This document shows, in pieces, positions 1-8,854 of a DNA stretch of 64,000 nt (within the stretch, counting starts at the first letter, position 1; every line of letters starts with the position of its first letter). A model generated the notes under the pieces. That model did not search any database, was not told where the DNA came from, and saw only the letters and a program-made list of their open reading frames with translations. The stretch is from the IMG/VR virus record IMGVR_UViG_3300046463_001154, positions 15,842 to 79,841 of that record; one strand, 5' to 3'. A program made the translations under genes and the position numbers. Source of the DNA: a virus.

Positions 1-65
1 GCAACCGCTTTGTGACCCAAGGAGTACAGTGACAGCCGGTATCATGCCGGGCCGTCATTCCCTCA

Positions 66-539
66 ATGTCCCTAGAACCGCTCAGAAACGTCCAGGACGA
101 GCTCGCGCTGGGAAGTTTATATCTCCGCATCAAATCGTGTAGAGACCAGGAGCCAGAAGTGTTTCGTCAAGCTACTCTCATCCAGGACGTGCGCGAGTTC
201 GTCGCGGTCGTCTTACCCCCGCTGCTGGAAATATTCGAGCAGGACGACGTGTGTTTCTCGGGAGCATCAGTCGAGGACACAGTGCAATGGATCATCGCGC
301 ATGAAATCGAAGATTGCTACGGCCTATCCGTACAAGGTCATCGACGGGAGCGCTCAGTCTATAGCGCGCTTCACGACCAACTCGCGAACGTCTTGCCTTT
401 CCCGATCTCATTGCCGGTTCGGCAGTTAATAAAGGTGCCGTTGATATACGACGATCAGTCGATAAGCCTCGAGCTGCGAGGCAACGATCTGTACGTCTTC
501 TATTACATCGATACCGCCCTCCTCTTCACTAGACCATGA
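66..539 (+). CDS. Hypothetical phage protein, first of a tandem cluster upstream of the DNA polymerase
   Basis: 157-aa ORF with an ATGA overlap into the next gene; C-terminal LELRGNDLYVFY resembles neighbouring ORFs. Confidence 0.7.
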   Translation: MSLEPLRNVQDELALGSLYLRIKSCRDQEPEVFRQATLIQDVREFVAVVLPPLLEIFEQDDVCFSGASVEDTVQWIIAHEIEDCYGLSVQGHRRERSVYSALHDQLANVLPFPISLPVRQLIKVPLIYDDQSISLELRGNDLYVFYYIDTALLFTRP

Positions 540-1168
540 ACTACCCGATTATTCAAACCCTAAGGCTGGATCCGTTTCCCGTCGCTTCGATGATTGAGGC
601 GGTCGTCGGAGACTACCTGGTCAAGCCCGCCCCGGGTATTTATGCGAAGGGGAAGTTCAATCCGGTGATGCATTCAGGCGGTGTCTATTATCAGCAGGGA
701 CGCAACGAACGAGGCGACATCGGAAACTTCATCGTTGAGACAATCGAACAAATTCAACGTGGCACGGAAGTAAGAGACCTCGACGGCAATGTCGTCGTAA
801 CGCCGAGCCAGATTCCACTGCTCTCGAATACCCCGACCCTGCCCACGCGCGGCATGGCGATCATCAAGCTCTTGCTGATCGATTCACTCTCGATTTACGG
901 AGACCAGCGCTACCCGGTGGTTCGATCTTCCGACGACTTCGCTCACGTGGCGTGCCACATCCAACCAGAATACAGATCAGACGCTGACATTGCGAACCAG
1001 ATCCTCGGTATGGTGAGTCCCATTCGGGGGCAGGTGCGCGACTTCGCTGGCTCAAATCGCTGGGTGATCCATTTCCTGCGCTGCGATGGTCTTAGCATGA
1101 TGGTCGAGAAGAGCATCGACTTTCGCATTGCCGATTGGCACCGAATCAAGGGATGTGCGTATGACTAA
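536..1168 (+). CDS. Conserved hypothetical jumbo-phage protein
   Basis: 210-aa ORF coupled on both sides in the cluster; position matches the phiKZ gp41-49 block. Confidence 0.7.
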   Translation: MNYPIIQTLRLDPFPVASMIEAVVGDYLVKPAPGIYAKGKFNPVMHSGGVYYQQGRNERGDIGNFIVETIEQIQRGTEVRDLDGNVVVTPSQIPLLSNTPTLPTRGMAIIKLLLIDSLSIYGDQRYPVVRSSDDFAHVACHIQPEYRSDADIANQILGMVSPIRGQVRDFAGSNRWVIHFLRCDGLSMMVEKSIDFRIADWHRIKGCAYD

Positions 1169-1616
1169 AGTGCCAGTGCTCGGGCAACCGCTTCCGAACT
1201 TGGTGCGGGGACCCACGCGGCATACTTGGATTGGGATGGGTCACGTAACCGGTCTGCTGCGCTTGCGCATTCGCGACTACTGGTTGCAGCATCGACGTGT
1301 TCAGTATGGGGTTCTTGCTGAAGCGCCGCGTCTCGTGGACATCAACGTCTGCCCTTTCTTCGACACGCTGGTTCAAGAAGTGTTCGGGGAGCATCGGGGT
1401 GATGTGCGAAATATGGGACAGCTCGCCCGAAGCGAGGACGAGCTAAAGAAATTGGGGATCGATGAGCGTACCGCTCACTACTTCGCCGAGGAAGCGTTCT
1501 CCGCGTTCGTCGATACGGTGGGTCAGGCCATGCCGGACGTCTCCTTCCAGAACCGGGAAGGTCTCTCGTTCGCCATGACCGAATTCGACTTGCTCGTCAC
1601 CCGTCCGTATGCCTGA
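1161..1616 (+). CDS. Hypothetical phage protein (cluster paralogue candidate)
   Basis: ATG at 1161 overlaps the upstream stop; ends SFAMTEFDLLVTR. Confidence 0.65.
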   Translation: MTKVPVLGQPLPNLVRGPTRHTWIGMGHVTGLLRLRIRDYWLQHRRVQYGVLAEAPRLVDINVCPFFDTLVQEVFGEHRGDVRNMGQLARSEDELKKLGIDERTAHYFAEEAFSAFVDTVGQAMPDVSFQNREGLSFAMTEFDLLVTRPYA

Positions 1617-1636
1617 GGTGGCAAGGGGTATAATCC

Positions 1637-2107
1637 ATGAAACCAATAATCCTTGATACGCGCTCGCTGATCCGGAATTTCCAAGAGTACGCGCCGTTCT
1701 TCGAGTTTTACGATTCCGGCCTGAAGGATCTGGTCCGCGAAGCAATTGTCACCCGTTCCTTCAACAGCCCGTACACGACGAACTTCCATCACGGCCACCG
1801 CTACGCTCGAGGGCTCGCAGCCAAGGTCATGGAAGACTTCGAGTACGCGGTCGACCGTCATCATGACCTGTACGGCTCGGAAAGTCTGCGCGACATCTTG
1901 AATCAGGACCGTGCCCTTTCAAACCTGGGCGTGATTCAGTACGTCGCTGAAGAAATGGAGCAGGCTGCCGATGTACTACTTCAGCAGCACCTTCGCACGA
2001 AGCTGTTCGAGATCGCGCAAGATAACTGCGGCGATCAGATGCGGCCTCGATGGGTTGGCTCGGACCTGCTCGTCTTCATTCGCTTTCTGACGCCTCGGGA
2101 GTATTGA
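1637..2107 (+). CDS. Hypothetical phage protein (cluster paralogue candidate)
   Basis: 156 aa; N-terminal IILDT and C-terminal WVGSDLLVFI. Confidence 0.7.
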   Translation: MKPIILDTRSLIRNFQEYAPFFEFYDSGLKDLVREAIVTRSFNSPYTTNFHHGHRYARGLAAKVMEDFEYAVDRHHDLYGSESLRDILNQDRALSNLGVIQYVAEEMEQAADVLLQQHLRTKLFEIAQDNCGDQMRPRWVGSDLLVFIRFLTPREY

Positions 2108-2109
2108 CC

Positions 2110-2523
2110 ATGTACTTCCGGGCGACTCGGAAGCCGCAGACGCTTGTATTGGATTCGCCACCTGAGCTTCGGAATCTCCGGGCTTGGGTAGCGAATCCTT
2201 CTATGCCGACTGTCGACATTGACTGGATGTATTCGCAGATCTTCGATGCGATCTCGAATTCAAGGGAAAATACTTGGAAGCAGGAACTGTATGGAGTGGC
2301 TGACCGAATGGCGTTTGGGGACATGCTCTACGGACACTCTGATATGACGCAGATGGAACGCGACGACCTAGCTCTGAGGATCATCAGTGCCGGACAGTCC
2401 TTCGTCCACTACCTGCTTCGTATGCGAGCGTATGAGAATGACGGATATTTCCCGTACGCCTTTTCTCAGTTCAGATCGGACGGTCTGCTGGTCTTTCTCG
2501 CTCGCCAGCGAATGGCGGGTTGA
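2110..2523 (+). CDS. Hypothetical phage protein (cluster paralogue candidate)
   Basis: ATG 2 nt after the previous stop; TLVLDS near the start and YFPYAFSQFRSDGLLVF near the end. Confidence 0.7.
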   Translation: MYFRATRKPQTLVLDSPPELRNLRAWVANPSMPTVDIDWMYSQIFDAISNSRENTWKQELYGVADRMAFGDMLYGHSDMTQMERDDLALRIISAGQSFVHYLLRMRAYENDGYFPYAFSQFRSDGLLVFLARQRMAG

Positions 2524-2541
2524 TTTCATACACGACGAACT

Positions 2542-3072
2542 ATGGGCTATTCATTTTTCAGACCGCGCCAAGAGCCGGATAGCGTGATTCTGGAGACGCG
2601 CGCGCTGCTGGGTCCGCTCTTCAGACGACTGCCGCACCTCCGGGAAGACACCGACGAATTCATCGGCCGGGTTCTCGACTGCCTCGCCTTCGAGAAGGAA
2701 GCACGCGACCAGCTGAGCCTTATGTGTGCCGAACTCGTCGACGACTTGTTGCATATGCCGTTGCCCGAAAGTGGTCCACGCCTTCGCCTGGGTCACTTCG
2801 ATCCCGAACAAGAGCGCCAGGAACGCATTGACGTGGTTTCGCGCCATTCGAACGCGATGTATGAGTTCGGGGACGAGCTGCTGGAGCAATTGCGTGCACT
2901 ACGTCTTTATCGCGGTGGCTACCTTCACTATGAGTTTGGTGAGCTGGTCGGCCATGACATGCTGATGCATCGCCTCATGGTGCCCAAGCTCAGCACGAAC
3001 GTACCCATCGACTATCTGACAGACGAAGACCTCTGGGAACGCAGCCAGGTGCACCGGAGGGGTCGTCGATAA
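2542..3072 (+). CDS. Hypothetical phage protein (cluster paralogue candidate)
   Basis: 176 aa; SVILET near the start and YLHYEFGELVGHDML near the end. Confidence 0.7.
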   Translation: MGYSFFRPRQEPDSVILETRALLGPLFRRLPHLREDTDEFIGRVLDCLAFEKEARDQLSLMCAELVDDLLHMPLPESGPRLRLGHFDPEQERQERIDVVSRHSNAMYEFGDELLEQLRALRLYRGGYLHYEFGELVGHDMLMHRLMVPKLSTNVPIDYLTDEDLWERSQVHRRGRR

Positions 3073-3087
3073 ACCAAGGAGCGCAGT

Positions 3088-3495
3088 GTGCCGGAGCATG
3101 ATCGAGAACTTAAAATCTCACAACGGATGGTTATCCCGGTCGCTGACCTCATCACGCAATTCCGAGACGGTTTGGGCGGGCTGACGATCACGCCTTTCGG
3201 GTTCGAAGAACTCGTGAGGCAATGCATCGACGTCTTCATGGACTGGGAGGGAGACGAAAGCCAATTGGCGGAACTCCCGCAAATTCATCGTATAGAGATC
3301 CCAGAGTTGAGAGGGGAGGATTATCAGGCCGTGTATGAGAAAGTGACCCGCGCTACTCAGACATTCGCCTGTGAGTTGTTTGGCAGGTTGTCAGCGGCCG
3401 GCGTGTTTCTCAACAAGAACACGTACGGCAACGTCAACTACGCCTTTGACCGTTTCCTCGGCAACGACATCGTCCTCTTTCACTTTCCCTATTAG
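3088..3495 (+). CDS. Hypothetical phage protein (cluster paralogue candidate)
   Basis: GTG start with AAGGAG RBS; ends VNYAFDRFLGNDIVLFHF. Confidence 0.7.
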   Translation: MPEHDRELKISQRMVIPVADLITQFRDGLGGLTITPFGFEELVRQCIDVFMDWEGDESQLAELPQIHRIEIPELRGEDYQAVYEKVTRATQTFACELFGRLSAAGVFLNKNTYGNVNYAFDRFLGNDIVLFHFPY

Positions 3496-3516
3496 CGATT
3501 CAAACGGTGAGCGTCC

Positions 3517-3933
3517 ATGTCGTACAACTATCAGATCGGTCAGGTCATTTCTTTCGACGTCTACCCCGCAGCCATCCTTGGCAACAGCTTCGAGTATGTG
3601 ACGGTGCTGGCCATCATGGACCAGTCTACCGCCAACGGCATCATCGATACCGTGGGCAACCACATCAAGATGTATCCGTACCTGAAGCCGCAGGGAACGC
3701 CCAACGATGCGAGCCAGTACAACTACATCAAGGTCCGCACGCAGTCCGGTGCGATCACGGCACTCGGAATGCCGTGGATCAATGAAAGCACCATCAAGGT
3801 CTGGACTGCACAGACCATCACCGCGGTCATTAGCGGGGTCACGGCGAGTGACATTCCCGCCGTCCAGAACGCGCTGATCAGCAATGGCTTCAACCACATC
3901 GCGGTCACCGTGTCCGCAATGCCGGGTTCCTGA
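3517..3933 (+). CDS. Conserved phiKZ-like core protein (phiKZ gp49-like, beta-rich fold)
   Basis: 138 aa starting IGQVISFDVYPAAILG; last gene of the cluster before the DNA polymerase, as in phiKZ-like phages. Confidence 0.6.
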   Translation: MSYNYQIGQVISFDVYPAAILGNSFEYVTVLAIMDQSTANGIIDTVGNHIKMYPYLKPQGTPNDASQYNYIKVRTQSGAITALGMPWINESTIKVWTAQTITAVISGVTASDIPAVQNALISNGFNHIAVTVSAMPGS

Positions 3934-4056
3934 TCGGTATATTGTGACAGAGCGCGAATACGCGCCGTCGCAAGACGGGAAGAACAAATGCGGTACGGGG
4001 GTTGTACGAGGAACGCAGGACCTTGGTTGTTGATTTCCTTTTCATGCTTGACCTTG

Positions 4057-4085
4057 GCCTCTCCCTTCGGGGAGAGGCTTTATTT
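4057..4085 (+). terminator. Intrinsic terminator
   Basis: gcctctccc-TTCG-gggagaggc followed by a T-rich run. Confidence 0.8.
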
Positions 4086-4396
4086 CCTATATTTGCTTTT
4101 TTGTATAAATTTACCAGATCGCTCCATGATCTGACTGGAAGTGATGCGCCAGTTCAACTCGTGTAGTGACGTTCCAAATGCGCGAGCATGCGGGTGGTAA
4201 AAAGGGCATGACAGTGTCCGGTTTGCCTGCTGAGTGGCTTTGGCCGATAGCGGGAACTCTGATGGGGATCGGAGGGGTGTCAACGAAGACGATTTGTAGC
4301 CGGTTTGCCTCGCGGCCGCCGCGCCTTTACTTCCTTGGAGGAAGCGGCGGTCGCACCCAGGGGCACACCTGGGCTCGTCATCTTTGGCTTTGTTCT

Positions 4397-4431
4397 GGGA
4401 AGAGGCCTTCGGGTCTCTTCCCTTTTTTTTT
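4397..4431 (+). terminator. Intrinsic terminator
   Basis: gggaagaggcc-TTCG-ggtctcttccc followed by T9. Confidence 0.85.
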
Positions 4432-4435
4432 GCCG

Positions 4436-4744
4436 TCAGTTCGTATTTTTGTCCTTTCTTCCGACAAGTCTCGAAATGATGTTAAATGGCGACTTTTTGG
4501 TCGTTACCCCGAGGATCACTAGCGCATCATCAGTCGTCGTGAAAAACGCCCTAACGGGACCTGATCGTAAAACATAGATACCCGCGTCAGAATCAGGAAG
4601 CCAGCTTATCAATTCTGTCGGATAGTCCCAATGGCCATCGGCTATCCGGTTCAGCGCGACAAGCGTCTCCGCCACATGGTTCCTGTCCTCGTCCTGCAAC
4701 TTGCGAAATTCTTGCGCCGCGTCTGGGGTCATGAGCGTTTTCAT
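4436..4744 (-). CDS. RelE/ParE-superfamily-like protein
   Basis: 102 aa; MTPDAAQEFRKL N-terminus and IYVLRSGPVRAFF resemble the RelE YRLRVGDYRVIY strand; coupled to the upstream gene. Confidence 0.55.
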   Translation of the reverse strand: MKTLMTPDAAQEFRKLQDEDRNHVAETLVALNRIADGHWDYPTELISWLPDSDAGIYVLRSGPVRAFFTTTDDALVILGVTTKKSPFNIISRLVGRKDKNTN

Positions 4745-5103
4745 AACTTCATCCCCAATTCGTCGGCCAACTTTTTTACATCGAGAAGCTCGGCCTTTTC
4801 AGGATGCACCGCAATCAGACGAGCCATGGCCTCGAGTTTCTTCTCGCGAATGAAGCCGAGACAATACGCGTCGTCGGCAAATCTAGACAGTCTCTCGTCC
4901 CTGCGATAGAAGCCAACCTGCGAGGCGAGCAAAGCCAGAGACGTAAATGAAAGCAACCAAAAGGAAGGCATCTTAAAGCTCAAAGACCAATCCAGCTTAC
5001 CGTTTGGCATGATCTGCGAAGCAAAAATGCTCGACAACACGCCGACGATAGTCGTCAAGCCTACCGTCACGCCAAGCCTGACCTTCGGGATGATATCCGC
5101 CAT
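4741..5103 (-). CDS. Two-transmembrane-helix membrane protein
   Basis: Two hydrophobic segments (VTVGLTTIVGVLSSIFAS; FWLLSFTSLALLASQVGFY); ATGA overlap with the RelE-like gene. Confidence 0.7.
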   Translation of the reverse strand: MADIIPKVRLGVTVGLTTIVGVLSSIFASQIMPNGKLDWSLSFKMPSFWLLSFTSLALLASQVGFYRRDERLSRFADDAYCLGFIREKKLEAMARLIAVHPEKAELLDVKKLADELGMKL

Positions 5104-5231
5104 CGATTGCCCCGTGGATTTTCTTCGAGTTACCGGTGCTCTGATGTTATCAGAGACTCGGCGAGGCTTCGCCGTCCGTTCTTTTTTTTATTCCTGCGTC
5201 GAATCGTGTACGAGAAAGCAAGGAATCCCCA

Positions 5232-7400
5232 ATGTCCAACTTCGACAATCCCTTTGTCCTGCCCGCCAACCAGTACAAGCGTGATCTGGACGTCTTCAAG
5301 CATTACATCGATCAAAGCGTCGAGTACATCTCCGCGATGACCGGCGCACCCCGCGAGCAGTGTATGGCGTTTGTGAAGAACAGTCTGCGTCCGGACGGCA
5401 AGTTTGCGTTCAAGGATCCGGCGGTGATGTATCTCCGCCGTAACGAGCACGGCGACCGCGAGCAGGTCGAGGGTACACTCGGCGGCTACCTGTCCGAGTC
5501 GATCAAGGAACACCAGCTTATCGCCCCGACACTGACGACCTACTATCACCCGACGGTGAAGAAATCGTTGCTCGCAGGCTTCATTGACGCCAACGTTAAG
5601 CGTCGCGGTGTCGCAAAGAAAGCGATGTTCCAGGCTCGCATGGATGGCAACAAGATTCTCGAGATCCTGAAGGACAATGAGCAGACGAACATGAAGCTCT
5701 CGAACAACGCATGTTCGGGCGCTCACGTCAGTGCATCGACGCCATTGTTCAACAAGACCGCACACTCGACACTGACATCTAACTGCCGGTCGACGGCGGG
5801 CTATGGCTCCGCCAACAACGAGAAGTTTCTGAACGGCAACCGTCATTATTGGTCACCGGACATCGTCAAGAACAACATTGTCTCGATCGTGACCAACACG
5901 GACTACGAGTCAATTCAGCTCGCGATGAACGAGTTCGGGATTCTCCATCCGAGCGTCGAAGAGACGATGGAGTGCATTCGCTACTCCACCCAGCTCTACT
6001 TCCGTGACGAAGCAGCGCACCGCTTGATCGAGCAGTATGTCAGAAAGCTCACGGACATCCAGCGCAGCGCATTCGTCTATACAGGCGATCTGTACCATCT
6101 CATGAAGTTCAACCGGGAGATTGTCTACCGGTTCGTGCATGAGCTGTCGTCCCGCGTCGGTGAGGTGCATCCGGATCCGGACAGCATCATCAAAAACGCA
6201 CACGAGGATCACATTGCCCTCGCCTCGCAGTTGTGTCCGAAAGAGATGAAGGGCAAGAAAGTGAAGGACGTGGTCGGTTCCGATGCATATGGCGTCCTTG
6301 CATCGACGGTTGCGCATATCGGTCAGGTCATCACGGAGTACAAGAACCTAATCAAGGCGTTCTGGGTGACAAAGAACGTCCCGGCCTCCCTCGCGCACTT
6401 TCCGGACAGCATCCGTCGCTCGGCGCTGATGGGGGATACCGACTCCACCATCTTTACGGTCCAGGACTGGGTGGTCTGGTACAACGACGGCCGTCTCGGT
6501 TACGACGACCGCTCGTCGGGCGTGGCAGCCACGATGATCTTCCTGGCCGCACAGACCATCACGCACGTCCTCGCCCGTATGTCCGCCAACTTCGGCATCG
6601 AGGAAAGCCGCATCTTCCAGGTGGCGATGAAGAACGAGTACAAGTTCGACGTGTTTGTTCCGACGCAGGTGGCCAAGCACTACTACGCCTCGATCGGTTG
6701 TCAGGAAGGCAACCTGTACAAGGCACAGGAACCGGAGATCAAGGGCGTGCACTTGAAGTCCTCGAATGCGCCGCCGGCGGTGATGGCGAAAGCCAAAGCG
6801 ATGATGATCCGGATCATGGACACCGTGATGGCGGAGAAGCCTGTGTCCCTCAGGGACATCATGGGCGAAATCGCAGCACTGGAGCACGACATCCGGACGT
6901 CGATTCTCGAACGCTCAAGCTACGAGTATTTCCGTATGGGTCAGATCAAGCCCGCGGCGTCGTACACGCTTCCGCCGGAGCAAAGCAACTTCGCACACTA
7001 CACCTTCTGGAACGCAACGTTTGGCACGAAGTATGGTGAGGTGCAGGAACCGCCGTACAACTCCGTCAAGATTTCCGTGGACCTCAAGTCGCCTGTGAAG
7101 ATCAAGGCATGGCTTGAGAAGATGGAAGACCGTGACTTGGCTGAGAAGCTGACAAACTGGTTGCTCAAGAGCGGGAAGAAAGCAATCAGCACCTTCCACG
7201 TTCCTGAACAGATCATCCAGTCGAAGGGCATCCCGAAGGAGATCAAAAGCGAGATCGCCATTCGGAAACTGATCACCGATACGGTCACGGTCTTCTACAT
7301 CGTCCTTGAATCACTTGGCATCTACATGCAGAACAAGCACATGACTCGGCTCGTGAGTGATCACATTCCTGCGCCAACTCCGGCGCTCGAAGCAGCATAG
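5232..7400 (+). CDS. Family B DNA polymerase, catalytic subunit (phiKZ gp50-like)
   Basis: 722 aa; motif B-like KLSNNACSG, motif C MGDTDS, KHY and EIKGVHL; AAGGAA RBS; conserved position. Confidence 0.9.
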   Translation: MSNFDNPFVLPANQYKRDLDVFKHYIDQSVEYISAMTGAPREQCMAFVKNSLRPDGKFAFKDPAVMYLRRNEHGDREQVEGTLGGYLSESIKEHQLIAPTLTTYYHPTVKKSLLAGFIDANVKRRGVAKKAMFQARMDGNKILEILKDNEQTNMKLSNNACSGAHVSASTPLFNKTAHSTLTSNCRSTAGYGSANNEKFLNGNRHYWSPDIVKNNIVSIVTNTDYESIQLAMNEFGILHPSVEETMECIRYSTQLYFRDEAAHRLIEQYVRKLTDIQRSAFVYTGDLYHLMKFNREIVYRFVHELSSRVGEVHPDPDSIIKNAHEDHIALASQLCPKEMKGKKVKDVVGSDAYGVLASTVAHIGQVITEYKNLIKAFWVTKNVPASLAHFPDSIRRSALMGDTDSTIFTVQDWVVWYNDGRLGYDDRSSGVAATMIFLAAQTITHVLARMSANFGIEESRIFQVAMKNEYKFDVFVPTQVAKHYYASIGCQEGNLYKAQEPEIKGVHLKSSNAPPAVMAKAKAMMIRIMDTVMAEKPVSLRDIMGEIAALEHDIRTSILERSSYEYFRMGQIKPAASYTLPPEQSNFAHYTFWNATFGTKYGEVQEPPYNSVKISVDLKSPVKIKAWLEKMEDRDLAEKLTNWLLKSGKKAISTFHVPEQIIQSKGIPKEIKSEIAIRKLITDTVTVFYIVLESLGIYMQNKHMTRLVSDHIPAPTPALEAA

Positions 7401-7423
7401 CGTCGAGTCTCCATTAACAAAAC

Positions 7424-7451
7424 AGCCCGCCTCGTGCGGGCTTTCATTTTT
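7424..7451 (+). terminator. Intrinsic terminator after the DNA polymerase gene
   Basis: agcccgc-ctcgt-gcgggct followed by ttcattttt. Confidence 0.7.
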
Positions 7452-7847
7452 GCTTCGAGGTTAGCGATGCCGACATGGCTTTGGGGTGGGTTGATTTGGC
7501 TTGCACTCTGCGTGCTTTTCGTCGCGCGATGGGATTGGAGTCGAGCGACGCCTCCGGCAGCGAAAGACGAGTCCGCGGAAGCGGAAACCCGAATCGACAA
7601 TTCGGATTTGCACGAACTACTTGTGAAATCGACGGCCGCAGCAACCGGTGTCGATCAGGAGCAGGCATGAGGTGGTTCGGGTTGTTCAACGACGGGCAAA
7701 TGAAGTGCATGCGCTGCCCCAAAGTCACGCCTAAAAGCCAACCGCTTTGCGTGCGCTGTCAGCAGAAGGAACAGCTGCGGCGGGCGCGTTGCCGCAAGTA
7801 AGCGCCATAAATCCCGCTCTTCGGAGCGGGACGATGAGGAACGTAAG

Positions 7848-8069
7848 ATGCCTGAAAAGAAGATGCCTGTACGGACCGTGCAGGTGAACTATCAATGCGA
7901 CGCTGCGGGCTGCGATGGCTATATGAGTCCGACCGGAACGGCGAACCTCAGCTATCCCCCGCGGTATCCGCATCGCTGTTCGAAGTGCGGGTCAGAGGAG
8001 AGCTTCAAGGCAAGCTATCCGGTCATCCGCTATGAACCGATCGAGGAGTTAGCTCTTGAAGCGACCTAG
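7848..8069 (+). CDS. Small zinc-ribbon protein
   Basis: CDAAGC and HRCSKCG motifs; GAGGA RBS. Confidence 0.6.
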   Translation: MPEKKMPVRTVQVNYQCDAAGCDGYMSPTGTANLSYPPRYPHRCSKCGSEESFKASYPVIRYEPIEELALEAT

Positions 8070-8240
8070 CCCAATGATGACCCATGCCATCGAAACGGAC
8101 ATGGGACACCTCGTCGAGTTCATGGGAAACCATCCCCTTGAAACCAAAGCGGTGCGTACTGAAGCGTGGCAGCAGATGCTCGTCTACGTGCCGAGGGACG
8201 AATTGCAGGTCCGTTTGGACAAGATCAAGAAGGAAGCGTC

Positions 8241-8654
8241 ATGAGCAAGATCAAGACCGCATACTCGATGCGTGAGCGTGCACCTTGGGAAGACCGGCCG
8301 TTCGAAACCGATGTCCTCGCTGGCGGCTGGGCAGAGACCATCATCACACTGATCGAGCGTGGGCCGGTTGACGACGGCGACATCCCAAGCAAGGCCGCTC
8401 GAGATGAACTCGTGTCACGCGGTTTCGCTGCACGGGTTATTGTCAATCAGAAGGAAGCAGGGAACGTTGCCACGTACGCTGGCCGCGAGCTCTACAAACA
8501 GCTGGTCGACGCTCCCTCCCTCGCCGAAGCGATCGCTAAGCGCCAGGCCAATCCCAGGTTCCTGAACGACCTCTGGAAGTCACAGCAGCCGCGGGAATGT
8601 GGTTCATGTGGTTACACCGCCGAGCCGGACTGCACAACCTGCAACGAGGCTTGA
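8241..8654 (+). CDS. Hypothetical protein with a C-terminal Cys cluster
   Basis: ATG at 8241 with AAGGAAG RBS; ends CGSCG...CTTC. Confidence 0.6.
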   Translation: MSKIKTAYSMRERAPWEDRPFETDVLAGGWAETIITLIERGPVDDGDIPSKAARDELVSRGFAARVIVNQKEAGNVATYAGRELYKQLVDAPSLAEAIAKRQANPRFLNDLWKSQQPRECGSCGYTAEPDCTTCNEA

Positions 8655-8656
8655 AC

Positions 8657-8854
8657 ATGAAAGAAGAGAAGGCAGCCCTCATCTTCTTCGGCTCATTCGT
8701 CATCGCGAGCATCGCTGGCCTGGCGCTGGGTCAACGCCTCGGCTTCAGCGCAGACGACGGCATGACCGTCGGCCAGATCGCGTGGTGTATCACGTGGGCA
8801 ATGCAGCTGTTCCGCCGTAACATGAAAAAGCGTTCGTCACACCGACGCCGTTGA
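8657..8854 (+). CDS. Small membrane protein
   Basis: MKEEKAALIFFGSFVIASIAGLAL with two hydrophobic stretches and a basic tail. Confidence 0.45.
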   Translation: MKEEKAALIFFGSFVIASIAGLALGQRLGFSADDGMTVGQIAWCITWAMQLFRRNMKKRSSHRRR

